From Octopus vulgaris (Eukaryota): a stretch of 64,000 nt of DNA. The stretch covers positions 23,436,001 through 23,500,000 of the forward strand of contig OX597815.1 of the NCBI GenBank assembly GCA_951406725.2, in the 5' to 3' direction. Numbering within the stretch: the stretch's first letter is position 1; each line of letters begins with the position of its first letter. The translations under genes and the position numbers were made by a program. This document shows, in pieces, positions 12,437 to 24,913 of the stretch. Under the pieces are notes generated by a model. It had not been told where the DNA came from, did no database searches, and saw nothing but the letters and a program-made list of their open reading frames with translations.

Positions 12437-14258
12437 AAATGTATGTGTGTTTGTTTGAATTTACAAAGAAGAGAAAAAAAAAAAAAAAGGTACTCAATAC
12501 AGAGAGTTGGGTTTATACAATTACTTGCAGCTGAGGCTTCTCTGTATTATATAACTTGATCACTTTTCTGTCTTTCATTGAGAGGAGGAGGAGAGAGAGG
12601 GAGGGAGATACACAGACACAACAATTGTTACTTGCACGTGCATAAGAGCATGTGGCCGATCATATGATCCTCTACAAACACAAGTGCAATTCAAAGTACT
12701 TCTCTTATGTCTGCAATGTCACTGCTCCTATACACACACACACTTACATACATACATACATACACACTACATCACATCTAGAACAGCTGTCTGGCTGGTT
12801 AGCAAAGATTCACTCAGCAGCAACAACAACAACAACAACACTACGCTCACTAACCCCACAGGCATTCTGCTCATCCGAATAATCAAGTTGTTTATCATCT
12901 CTAACCCAAGCTGACCCGACTGTCCTACCTCTATTCCCATACTCGTTTCCTACTTTGCCTCCCTTTGCAAGCCCCACCCACTCTGACAACCCCCCCACAA
13001 CCACCACCATCACCACCCACCTCACATTTTTTTCCTTGATCCTTCTTCCATTCAGCATCTGCAACTCTGCGGAACTTGAATCCCTGCCCATTCTTCCCAA
13101 ACCCCTCTTTCCCCTCCCCTCCCCCAATCTCCCAGCCCAGCCCTTCCCCACCAACAAGCATTGACCTATAGAATTTCAAGAACATCTCAACTGCATCAAC
13201 ATCACCAGTGAGAGAGGGCCTGCAAAGATCATGGGTGCTGCTCCTCTTCCTTTTTCAACTGAATATAAGAAGAAAAAAAAGAATACACAAATCAAGAAGG
13301 AACTTAATATGGAACGAAACATGGTTTGGTTGAACAAAGGCAGACTTAGGAACAGCAGCATTCAATATGAATTTAAAGCATTTATCTCATGAAATTAACC
13401 ACAGTTTTCACAAATTAAAAGTCATAAGACGTTTGTTTTTTTCAATCTCTATAATCTTTGAATGGTTTCTTTTGTTATTAGAAAATGTTAACAATATAAC
13501 ATTCTCTTTTATTTTGACTTTAGCCACTAATGTAGTAATATAAAATCTATTTATATCTAAATAAAGTTTTCAAATGAAAAATCCAGAGAGAAAAATGCCT
13601 CAATATATCCTGCTCAATGTCCTAACATGAAAATAGGCAACGTTTCACAATATTCAAATGTAATATATAATAAATTGCATACTTTATAATTTAATTTTCT
13701 GAAAAATCATTTTTCTTCTGTTGTCTTTTGTGTTGTAGAAATGAAATCACTATTTCATATACATATATCATCATCATTTAACGTCCATTGTCGAAGCTGG
13801 CATGGGTTGGACAGTTCGACCAGATAAGCTGAGGGGCTACACCAGAATCCAGTCTGATTTGGTTTGGTTTCTATGTCTGGATGCCCTTCCTAATGCCAAC
13901 CACTCTGAGAGTGTAATGGGTGCTTTTAACGTGCCACTGGCATGAAGGCTAGTTGCATGACACCAGAATCTGCCCTGAATATGATTTCACTTGACTTGAT
14001 GGATCTTCTTCTCAAGCACATATTATCATAATTTAGCATCCATGTTCCATAATGGTATAGGCTGGGTGGTTTGACAGGATTTGATGGGGCCCAAGGATTG
14101 CATTGTGTTCCAGTATCTACTCTGGAAGGGTTTCTACAGCTGGATGCCCTTCCTGATGCTAACCACTTTACAGTGTGTGCTAGGTGATCTTTTTTTGTGT
14201 CATGTGCCACCAGCACTAGCAAGGCTCTCATGCAGCTCACAAAACCATGAAACCCATA

Positions 14259-14291
<33 letters not shown>

Positions 14292-14882
14292 CAACTTATA
14301 AATAAGAGCAAACGAAAAAATTTCTAATGCCAAATATGCTGAAATTGGACACCCTGTCCATAACCATATAATTTTTCACAATACACACACTACTCAAAAA
14401 AAGGTCGACAGAAATCTCTAAAAAAGACACACAGAGGCAAACTCGTGTATATGTGCTTGCACAAGTAGGTTTCTGCATATATATGTTATATATATGTAAA
14501 GATGTAAAGCTCTGAATGGACTTGAAGTTACTGTTGCAGCAAAGCTGGGAAGGGCATTCAATTCAGCACGAAAACTTTTGAGAAGATCACCAGATGGTTT
14601 TGGATTAAAAAGAAGCAGTCCCTGGTTTGCTACTGCTGCTTGGATGCAAGATGAGACCTAATCAACTCCAGCTGGATCAGCTGGGTAAGCAGGCTCTGAT
14701 GCTGAAAGACATGAAACCTTCAAAGACCCCAGGAACATCATTGATGATTTATCCCAGAGCATCTGCGAATGTATCTTGAAATTATATGGGCTTTAATAGC
14801 TTATATAGTTTACAAGTCTTTGGACAACAATTTCTTTTCAAATCAGTGTACTATAATATGACCTGTTAACTGTTGCATATGT

Positions 14883-14913
<31 letters not shown>

Positions 14914-16045
14914 ACATACACACATATTACACAGAAAAGGGGACAATCATAATGATAATGTTAACTCATTTTATCTTTTATAAGATAATATAACAAACGG
15001 AATTTTAGAATTCCTCTAGAATTTGTTTCAACACTATTTTTTTTTTCATTATATACACAATTTACATTGCCCTCCTTAAAACCAGATAAAGATAAAAATT
15101 CTTTACAGATAACTAATAAAAAAAAAAAAAAGGAAAAAGTCCTACTTATTTTAACATCTAGCAGAGTTAAGAGAAAATATAACTTCCTTTTGTGACAAAT
15201 ACAGTTACACCCAAATTTTTGACACCAACAAAGTAGAGTGTGTATTAACATATTTAGTTTTAGTAACAATATATTTCATCTGAGACCAACTTTTCAAAAC
15301 AGGATCATATATGGTGTTATATTTATCACACATTTTTTCCCTCTTGCTTATTCCTAGAATCCCAATGCTATAAATATTCCCCTCCACATTTCCACTGCCC
15401 CACACCTTTTTTTTTTGTGTTTCATTTATTAGACAGTGCCAAAGAGTTGAACAAATGAACCCCAGGCCTTTTTTTTTTGTTTTCCAAAAGCCTGATACTT
15501 ATTCTATTGGTCTCTAAGTTACAGGGACATAAACAAACCAACACTAGTTGTCAAGCAGTATTGGGATGACAAACAAAGACACACATACATGATGGGCTTC
15601 TTTCAGTTTCCATCTACCAAATCTACTCACGAGGTTTTGGTCAGCCCGAGGCTATAGTAGAAGGCACTTGCCCAAGGTGCCATTCAGTGGGACTGAACCC
15701 AGAACCATATGGCTGGTAAGCAAGCTTCTTACCACACAGCCAATACTGCCCCTATCATTCAACATTGTTTTTTCTAATTTGAATTGGAAGAGGAGTGTCT
15801 AAACTGAATCTAGTCACACCTTCCCTTCTTTCTTCTTTCATATTTTTAAAATTGTTCAGCATTAAGAATTGTGTTTATATTTACAGATATGTGTAATGAA
15901 TAGGATTCAATGAGATGACAGGCTGCTACATGCAATACCAGAAATTAACACGTTAAATGAAAAGAGATAATCTATTTAATTATATGAAAATATAGCCAAA
16001 CCCCAACAGAATTCTGTCATGTAAACCTTTCCTAACATTTTGAAA

Positions 16046-16352
16046 TACATATATATATATATACAGATATATATATAGACATATATATATATACAGATAT
16101 ATATAGACATATATACAGATATATATAGACATATATATATATATACAGATATATATAGACATATATATATATATACAGATATATATAGACATATATATAT
16201 ATACAAATATATATAGCGATATATATACAAATATATATAGCGATATATATATATAAATATATAGACATATATATATATAAATATATAGACATATATATAT
16301 AGATATACATATATATACATATATATACATATATACATATATATATGCATAT

Positions 16353-16397
<45 letters not shown>

Positions 16398-16404
16398 TAT
16401 ATAT
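16046..16404. repeat. Compound (TA)n minisatellite (atatacagat/atagacat units)
   Basis: Direct reading. Confidence 0.95.
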
Positions 16405-16585
16405 AAGAAAAAACATAACAGCACGAGGATGTGGAACAAGTATAGTGTTATTGGACGCTCAGGAAAGGAAAGAAAGGAGGATTTAATGTTTCGAGCGGAG
16501 CTCTTCATCAGAAACATAGGAAAAGGAAAGATCCAAGGAAGGGAAGACAGAGGAAAAAAAAAATCGTCAACAATACACATGCGGT

Positions 16586-16590
<5 letters not shown>
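16405..16590 (-). mobile_element. Second copy of the TA-flanked hammerhead-bearing module
   Basis: Reverse complement aligns end to end with 90-293, and the copy is embedded in (TA)n. Confidence 0.65.
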
Positions 16591-16626
<36 letters not shown>

Positions 16627-16654
16627 GAAATGATTTGTTGTTTGTCTGCCTTCA

Positions 16655-16900
16655 CTACTTGTTAAGACTTTGGTTTTAGCTAGGTTGACTCTAAGACCCT
16701 TCGATTCTAATCCTTGCTTCCACACCTGAAATTTTTCCTCTAGTTCTGATAGTGACTGCGCAATTAGAGCAAGGTCAAAAGCATAGACGAGCTCCCAGGG
16801 CATCCTGTCTTGAATTCCTCAGTTATTGCCTGGAGGACTATGATGAAAAAGAGGGGGGGCTGAAGACAGATCCTTGGTGGACCCTGACCCCTACTCGGAA
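16655..16900 (-). mobile_element. RTE-clade LINE reverse transcriptase fragment
   Basis: Reads PWELVYAFDLALIAQSLSELEEKFQVWKQGLESKGLRVNLAKTKVL (decayed YADD region), preceded by a GVHQGS-like motif. Confidence 0.85.
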
Positions 16901-17064
16901 TTCTCTGGCACGAACCCAAAATGCATCTCATCTGAACTGACTCTCTCTCTCTAATTTCTAGAAATTTAACATTTCTAATTTTGGTGATCAGTGAATAGAT
17001 TTCACTGAAAATATAAATATTTGTGAAGGCTTGGCAAACATCTCAACTAGCAGGCCATGGTACT

Positions 17065-17109
17065 CCAGACTGATGACGAGCAAGACTCAGAAACATGCAT
17101 GTCTCTAGG
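17065..17109 (+). ncRNA. Type I hammerhead ribozyme-like motif
   Basis: ccaga CTGATGA c-gag-caaga-ctc-a GAAA catgcat GTC tctagg: conserved core, stem II, palindromic stem III (ACATGCATGT), GUC cleavage triplet and stem I aga/tct. Confidence 0.6.
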
Positions 17110-17498
17110 TGCAGGCCTTAGCTGGTAGGGGTGCTTGTCTCCCCTTTGCAAATATAAGGACACAGGAAATGTGTCAAAGCCGACAGGAAGCGTCGATGCT
17201 TCCTAGGGCTAAATAGCGGTGGTGTGATTCCCTTTACGGGACTGTCACATTAAGTTGACAGTAAACAACCACTCATTATTTATTTTATTTGTTATTTATG
17301 TATTGGTTTATGTCTATCAATGTTTGAGTTGCATAATAGTGGTTTTATCTCTAATTTATATTTTATATGTATATGCATATGTGTGTATATATATATATAT
17401 ATATATGTACGTATATGTATGAGTATATATATATATGTACATATTTTTTTATATATGTACATATATGTATGTGTGTGTGTGTGTGTGTGTATATATAC

Positions 17499-17531
<33 letters not shown>

Positions 17532-19959
17532 AAGAGAGAGATGACCAGGAAATAGTTGAATATAAAACTTTATAGGCTAACTGACAAAACAATTTTATGT
17601 ATGTATAAATGGATGTGTACACACAAATATATATATATATATATATATATAGGGAGAATTCACAAAAAAACAAAAGACGAAGACAAACAGATGTATTAGT
17701 ATAACGCTCGGGAATTGAAAAAGTCTTTAACATTTTGAGCCTATGCTCTTCCACAGAAAGGAACACAGAAAGAAATAAAGAGAGAAAAAATGCGTGTAGT
17801 GGTTGGCAATCTATATATATATATATGCCAGATCTTATAAATACTAGCTTGTAAACACTGGATTAAGAAATCCTTTTGGTTTGATTCTCTCTCTTTTACT
17901 TGTTTCAGTCCTTTGATTGCGGCCATGCTGGAGCACCGCCTTTAATCAAGCAACTCAACCCCGGGACTTATTCTTTTGTAAGCCCAGTACTTATTCTATC
18001 GGTCTCTTTTACCGAACCGCTAAGTAACGGGGACATAAACACACCAACATCGGTTGTCAAGCAATACTAGGGGGACAAACACAGACACACACGCATACAT
18101 ATATATACATATATACGACGGGCTTCTTTCAGTTTCCGTCTACTAAATCCACTCACAAGGCTTTGGTTGGCCCGAGGCTATAGTAGAAGACACTTGCCCA
18201 AGGTGCCACACAGTGGGACTGAAGTATAAAAATATATACATATGATTATACTTCTCAAACACACACACACCTTAATCAAAAGGTTTTTGAAGCGAAACCT
18301 CTTTTACTTGAAGTGTTTGGCTCAGCTCTAACAGTATGCCCATCTGATGAGTGGAAATTGCTAATTAGACATAAAACCCCAAGTTGGGGCAACCATTTGT
18401 GAGTACGATCATCGCTAAACTATATTCACAGCTGTTTTGTTTTGTGTTTTAACAAGAACTACAACTGATCATGTATTTATCTATGTGTGTTTACACACAC
18501 AAAAACATTAATTAATTAATGAATAAATGAATGAATGAATGACAAAAGAACAGAAGATTACATAATCACCTTCATTAGCTTACAGCCGTTTCTGATATGA
18601 AATGTCGCACTTAGAGCTGAGTGCTTGTGTGACATCCTTTAGCTTCCTCAGAGCAATTAGTGCACGTGTTTGTGTGTGTATGTATACCTCTCTCTTTCTA
18701 TATATTTATATATATACATATACACACACACACAACTATCCTTATACATAAAAATGTATATCTGTGTGAGTGTGTGTATATATATATATATACACACACA
18801 CACACATATGTATGTATATATTTTTGTATATACTTATAGGTATATATTATCAAAGAAAAACCATTGACAGTAACCTCAGTTTTACACAATGAGTCAGTCT
18901 TCAGTTAATTTTCAATTTTGATATCTCTGTAAATGTTCATGAACTGTATAAATGTGTGTATGTGAACAAGTGTATATACATACAAATATGTAAATGTATA
19001 AAGAGAAAATATGTGTATAGAATTAAAAAATATATAATCTGAACAGACAAATGTGTGTGTGTTTTTGTGTGACTTTACCATTACTATTCTTGTATATACA
19101 CACGTTGCTATCTGCTTTCTAGGCAGGCATGAGCTGAACATGGTTCAATCCACTTTGTGTATCGTATATACATTACCCATATATATATATATATTTTACT
19201 TTAATCAGATCTTATAAATACTAGCTTGTAAACACTGAATTAAGAAATCCTTTTGGTTTGATTCTCTCTCTTTTACTTGTTTCAGTCCTTTGACTGCGGC
19301 CATGCTGGAGCACCGCCTTTAATCGAGCAACTCGACCCCGGGACTTATTCTTTTGTAAGCCCAGTACTTATTCTATCGGTCTCTTTTACCGAACCGCTAA
19401 GTAACAGGGACATAAACACACCAGCATCGGTTGTCGAGCAATGCTAGGGGGACAAACACAGACACACAAACACACACGCATACATATATATACATATATA
19501 TATGACGGGCTTCTTTCAGTTTCCGTCTACCAAATCCACTCACAAGGCTTTGGTCGGCCCGAGGCTATAATAGAAGACACTTGCCCAAGGTGCCACGCAG
19601 TGGGACTGAACCCGGAACCATGTGGTTGGTAAACAAGCTACTTACCACACAGCCACTCCTGCGCCTCTTTTTTTTTTTTTATCCAAAAGGGATTTTCGAC
19701 CCAATTTTTAAATGCTTTATTTATAACTGCTGAGATCCAATTAAAAGAAGTAAAAAAAAAAGTATTCCACAGGTTTTCTCAAAATAAAGCTCTTGCAAAT
19801 AAGAACTTTATTACAAGAGCACACATACACACACAAAATTTAAAACACAGATATAATAGTAACATTCACTTTTGTTTGATATTTACTAACACAAATCCAT
19901 CGAGCCTGCAGACACTGTGGATTTGTGATGTGTGTCAGTTATGCCGTAGATGTACATCG

Positions 19960-20345
19960 TGGAGGCGCAATGGCCCAGTGGTTAGGGCAGTGGACTCGCG
20001 GTCATAGGATCGCGGTTTCGATTCCCAGACCGAGTGTTGTGAGTGTTTATTGAGTGAAAACACCTAAAAGCTCCACGAGGCTCCGGCAGGGGATGGTGGT
20101 GATCCCTGCTGTACTCTTTCACCACAACTTTCTCTCACTCTTACTTCCTGTTTCTGTTGTACCTGTATTTCAAAGGGCCGGCCTTGTCACTCTCTGTGTC
20201 ATGCTGAATATCCCCGAGAACTACGTTAAGGGTACACGTGTCTGTGGAGTGCTCAGCCACTTACACGTTAATTTCACGAGCAGGCTGTTCCGTTGATTTG
20301 GATCAACCGGAACCCTCGTCGTCGTAACTGACAGAGTGCTTCCAG
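19960..20345 (+). mobile_element. tRNA-derived SINE family C
   Basis: A box TGGCCCAGTGG, B box GGTTTCGATTCC, TSD aga(t/c)gtacatc. Near-identical inverted copy at 61215-61597. Confidence 0.85.
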
Positions 20346-20888
20346 ACGTACATCAAAACATGATATTTCTAGTATATAATGCTATCAAAAAATTAAAACA
20401 AAACTGTATGTAATAGTATAAATGTGTTTATAACTGGCCCATGGTGTAAATGTTTTAGTGCCAGCACACTATCTGTTAAAGTCACTTGCTAACCAAGTAC
20501 AACTTCGAACAATACACACACAAACACACACGTACACAACTTTTGTTAACATTAACTACTACTGCAACTTCAAAGCCAATTTATTTCTGATGATTGAGGA
20601 AAAAAAGAGAATATCACACATAAATGTTGTTGAAACTGACTCAGTGAAACAACCAATGTGGTTTAAAGCTGGTGAAATAGAACTTGCAAGAACTAGCAAA
20701 ATGAACCAAGAATGTAATATCTTGGAGACAGAGAAGTTGTAGGGGTTCCTACAACAGAAGATGATTCACCAACAAGACAGCAGTACTATTTAAATGGATG
20801 CTGTTTCCTTTTCTTAGGGTGCCATATCTCTGAGAGTTGGCAGATACACAGACAGACAACTCAGGCTTCACTTACAGGAGTTTTATCA

Positions 20889-21032
<144 letters not shown>

Positions 21033-21600
21033 TTAGAATTATAAGAATAAAAAAATAACCTTTAAATTTGGTACAAGGTCATGTTTACATTTCCATAATG
21101 AAATTTTGATTAGCCCTCAAATAATGAAAAACAAAGTCAATTCTGGTGAGATTTGAACTCAAAACTTGCGAATATTTTTCTTTCAAAAGACAGAAGTTAA
21201 AAATATTGTTAACAGTTTATACTTTCACTTACCAGTGTCACATATTTGTTTTATGAAGGTTAGCTATACTTTTTGTTTGCAACATAGTTGATAAACATTG
21301 AATGCATCATGAAAAACAAAAAACAGGTTTCTTAGTTCAAGCAAACATTGACTGTACGATCATTGATGATGAAAGACTAATCAACTCAAAACAAAAGATT
21401 TTCAAGGATTAACAGTCTAAAAATGCAAGTACAATTTTTTGGCTTTTGAAAGTCTGACTCCTCAGTTATCCTTAAATCAAAGGCCTGGACCAAATGCTTG
21501 CAACATAGTGGATTTCCACTAAGGATATCCAAGGATCACATGATAGTATTAAACTAAGTTTTGGATCAAATCTGCCACCCTGAATACATACATTCAGGTT

Positions 21601-22718
21601 CGAATGCCATAATATAAGTGGCAGGATATTGTGAAGGAAGTGTGATTAAAGGGTGTGGAGGGGGGAGTGGGTGGCGAAAACCTGGGTTTATACGGAGTCA
21701 GGGGGCTACTGGATAGCAATGATACAGAGGAACAGGGCCGTGAGGACAGTTGTATATTTGCAGTATGTACATTAACACTGTTTCAATCTGTTTGCCTCAA
21801 AGCAATAAGACATTTGCCCAAGGTGCCATACAGTGGTATCAAACCCAGGTTCTTGTAATTTCGAAGCAAGCTTCTTAACCATTTGCCCATGCATTGTCCA
21901 TGTCATAATGGTCTGTGCCATTCAAAGTTTAGTATTTATCTTATCTCCACTTGCATCATCATCGTTTAACGTCTATTTCCATGCTAGCATGGGTTGAACG
22001 ATTTTGACTGAAGTCTGGCGAACCAGACTCCAATCTGATCTGGCAGTGTTTCTACAGCTGGATGCCCTTCCTAATGCCAACCACTCAGAGTGTAGTGGGT
22101 GCTTTTACGTGCCACCGGCACAAGGACCAGTTTGGTGGTACTGGCAACAGCCACGCTCAAATGGTGCTTTTTATGTGCCACCTTCACAGGAGCCAGTCCA
22201 GAGGCACTGGCATCGACCTCACTTGAATGGTTTTATTTTTTCTTCATTAGAAGTGTACAAATTCTAGAAAAAAACTTTGGCAAGTTTTAATAGAAATTTA
22301 GAAAAATCACATTCTGATGGTTACAGCTAGCTGAATTGATATGATGTAAATGTACAACAATAGATCTCCTCAGAAGTGGAGATAAGATAAATACTAAACT
22401 TTGAATGGCACAGACCATTATGACGTGGACAATGCATGGTCAAATGGTTAAGAAGCTTGCTTCGAAATTACAAGAACCTGGGTTTGATACCACTGCATGG
22501 CACCTTGGGCAAATGTCTTATTGCTTTGAGGCAAACAGATTGAAACAGTGTTAATGTACATACTGCAAATATACAACAGTCCTCACGGCCCTGTTCCTCT
22601 GTATCATTGCTATCCAGTAGCCCCCTGACTCCATATAAACCCAGGTTTTCCCCACCCACTCCCCCCTCTTTAATCATACTTCCTTCACAATATCCTGCCA
22701 CTTATATTATGGCGTTCG
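21601..22718. repeat. Long inverted repeat: arms 21601-21952 and 22374-22718
   Basis: The arms are reverse complements with few substitutions and one small indel. The mirrored spurious ORFs at 21655 (+) and 22468 (-) give nearly the same peptide. Confidence 0.95.
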
Positions 22719-24339
22719 GAGCTCAAGAGTATGCCCTAGCACTTACCACTATCTATATCTCTCTCTTCCCTTACTCAACCGTCCCATTTATATTCTGATT
22801 CCCTAGTGCACCTGTTTGTCTTCATTCCTGATCTCTCTTTCTGGCCGGGTAACCTTGTACTTCCTCTACAGCAAGACACCTGTTTCTGTCTCACTATAAT
22901 CTTGCATCATCCGACACTAGATCACCTCCTCCAATGCCCCCTCTCCTCTTGAAAGGTTTTTCTTCTTTTTTTTTGTCTTGCAAGTACTTGGTGACCCTGT
23001 CAGTGAAGGTGCCACTTAAAAGCACCCAGTGCACACTGTAGAAACCTAGCCAAAATTGACCTCGCATGTGCTTGTGCCATGTAGAAAAGCACTAAGTCTA
23101 CCCAGCTGAGTGAGTCACAGGAATCTGGTGCAGGCTTCTGCTTGACCAGCTCTCTTGAAACCATCCCGCCCATGCTAGCATGGAAGGCGGATGTTAAACG
23201 ATAATGATGATGACATCAAAAGACAGGGTTAATAATCCTGCAGGTGAAACAGGGTAGATGAAATTTGTATTGAAACCTATCAAATGTGGTTTTAAAGATA
23301 CAAATGAGTTTTTAAAGATTCAGAATTGTCACACATTGTGACATGCTGATTCTGTCTGAGAACTACATTAAGAATACATGTACCTGTGGAAGCACATCAA
23401 GCTAGTGAATCCTCATTGTCAATATCAACAGAGATCAACTAAGTTTATCTTCATGGTGCAGACCTGGTGCAGAAGTATAATATAATTAATGACTGCTTTG
23501 CTACCTGGAGCAGCAATTTCAGAGGTACTCTGAATACAGTGTAGAGTGATATAGGACCTCCTAAGGGCGGCGAGCTGGCAGAACCGTTAGCACGCCGGGC
23601 GAAACGCGTAGCTGTATTTCGTCTGCTGCTACGTTCTGAGTTCAAATTCCGCCGAGGTCGACTTTGCCTTTCATCCTTTCGGGGTCGATTAAATAAGTAC
23701 CAGTTACGCACTGGGGTTGATGTAATCGACTTAATCCCTTTGTCTGTCCTTGTTTGTCCCCTCTGTGTTTAGCCCCTTGTGGGCAGTAAAGAAACAGATG
23801 TAGGACCTCCTAAGAATACTTGTGATTGATCTATCAACATAAAATCACAGTTTTTTAACACATCACATTGTGAGCCTTTTGAGATGACAATCTGAAAGAG
23901 CAATGGGCAACACATGATCTTTTTTTTAAAAATTTTGGCAGGTAGGGACAAGTGTGACTAGTAGGAGGTAGTTATATTCAAAATGGAAACCTGATCCGAT
24001 TGCAACCAAGTTACTAGGCTAAATCTTTTCTTCAATTTCTCAATTTATAGATGACAAATCAACATAGTAGATGCTGATCATATCCAAAAAAAGATCATTA
24101 ATACTTTAAGCTTCAGAAATAGTTGTGGAGTATACACCCAAACTCAAATACACCCTCCAGATGATCATTGTTCTCAGTTTTGCAATGGTGCCTCTTCTTG
24201 AATTAGTAGCATCCACGATTGCACTGATATGAAATCCTTATTCTGACCAACAAATCAATCAACTTCTAGATTGTTTCATACCATTCAAATTCATCATAGA
24301 GAATTTTATGCATATAATTTTCAAATTTAAATATCTTAC

Positions 24340-24463
24340 CATTGGCAGTATATGTGATTTTGCACGTTATATTGTCCCGAGTGATCTCACTATCATTTGG
24401 CGGTTCAATTAATGTTTGACAGGCCATTGACACATTCATTTTTACACGAACATATTTATTAGG
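24340..24463 (-). CDS. CERT1: CERT1 START domain exon 4
   Basis: AG/GTAAGA borders, 124 nt, phase 0/1. Reads [41 protein letters not shown]. Confidence 0.97.
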
Positions 24464-24609
24464 CTGCATCAAAGAAGAAATGGAAAAAAGTTAGCATTTA
24501 ATATAACATACAAATAGTATTACTGAAATGAATGATATCTTCAGATGCAGGAGAGAAAGATAAAATGAAACCAACATGGAGACTGATATTTAGTGATTAT
24601 GAAGAAAAA

Positions 24610-24913
24610 CTAGCAGTATCGCCCGGCGTTGCTCGGGTTTGTAAGGGAAATAACTATATAAGCATTTTTAGAGAGTTACTTCCCTTATATAACCCGAGCA
24701 AAAATCATTAAAAATGTGGAAAAATGGTAAAAAATTTTTTAAATTGTAGACTCATCGTAGACGCGTGCTAATACCCAGAAGGGCTCAATATGAATCATGA
24801 CTATGAGATACCCGGTTTTGGTTAAACTGCACCGCAAAATGTGGGAGTAGTTAGGAATCTAAATCGAAGGAGACAGAGTCTCACATACACAACTTCAATT
24901 TTATATATGAAGA
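24610..24913 (-). mobile_element. Non-autonomous Helitron-like element (copy of 5691-5983)
   Basis: Reverse-complement homologue with the same A|TC...CTAG|T ends and hairpin. Confidence 0.8.

Larger units (their letters stand above)
9650..13258 (-). other. CERT1: Probable terminal 3'-UTR exon of CERT1
   Basis: Donor CT|GTAAGT 13 nt after the stop (20870-20875). Strong acceptor ttctttttttttcttcttatattcag ending at 13259. TE-poor, U-rich sense strand. AATAAA at 9665-9670 followed by a GU/U-rich element (ttgcgttgtggtgtttcttcttt). Confidence 0.55.

Noticed and set aside
14690-14730. ctgatgctgaaagacatgaaac as a hammerhead
   Set aside because: The core is CUGAUGC rather than CUGANGA, with no convincing stems.
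19960-20032. tRNA-like sequence
   Set aside because: It is the Pol III head of a SINE (body, tail, TSD and a second copy are present) with no complete acceptor stem.
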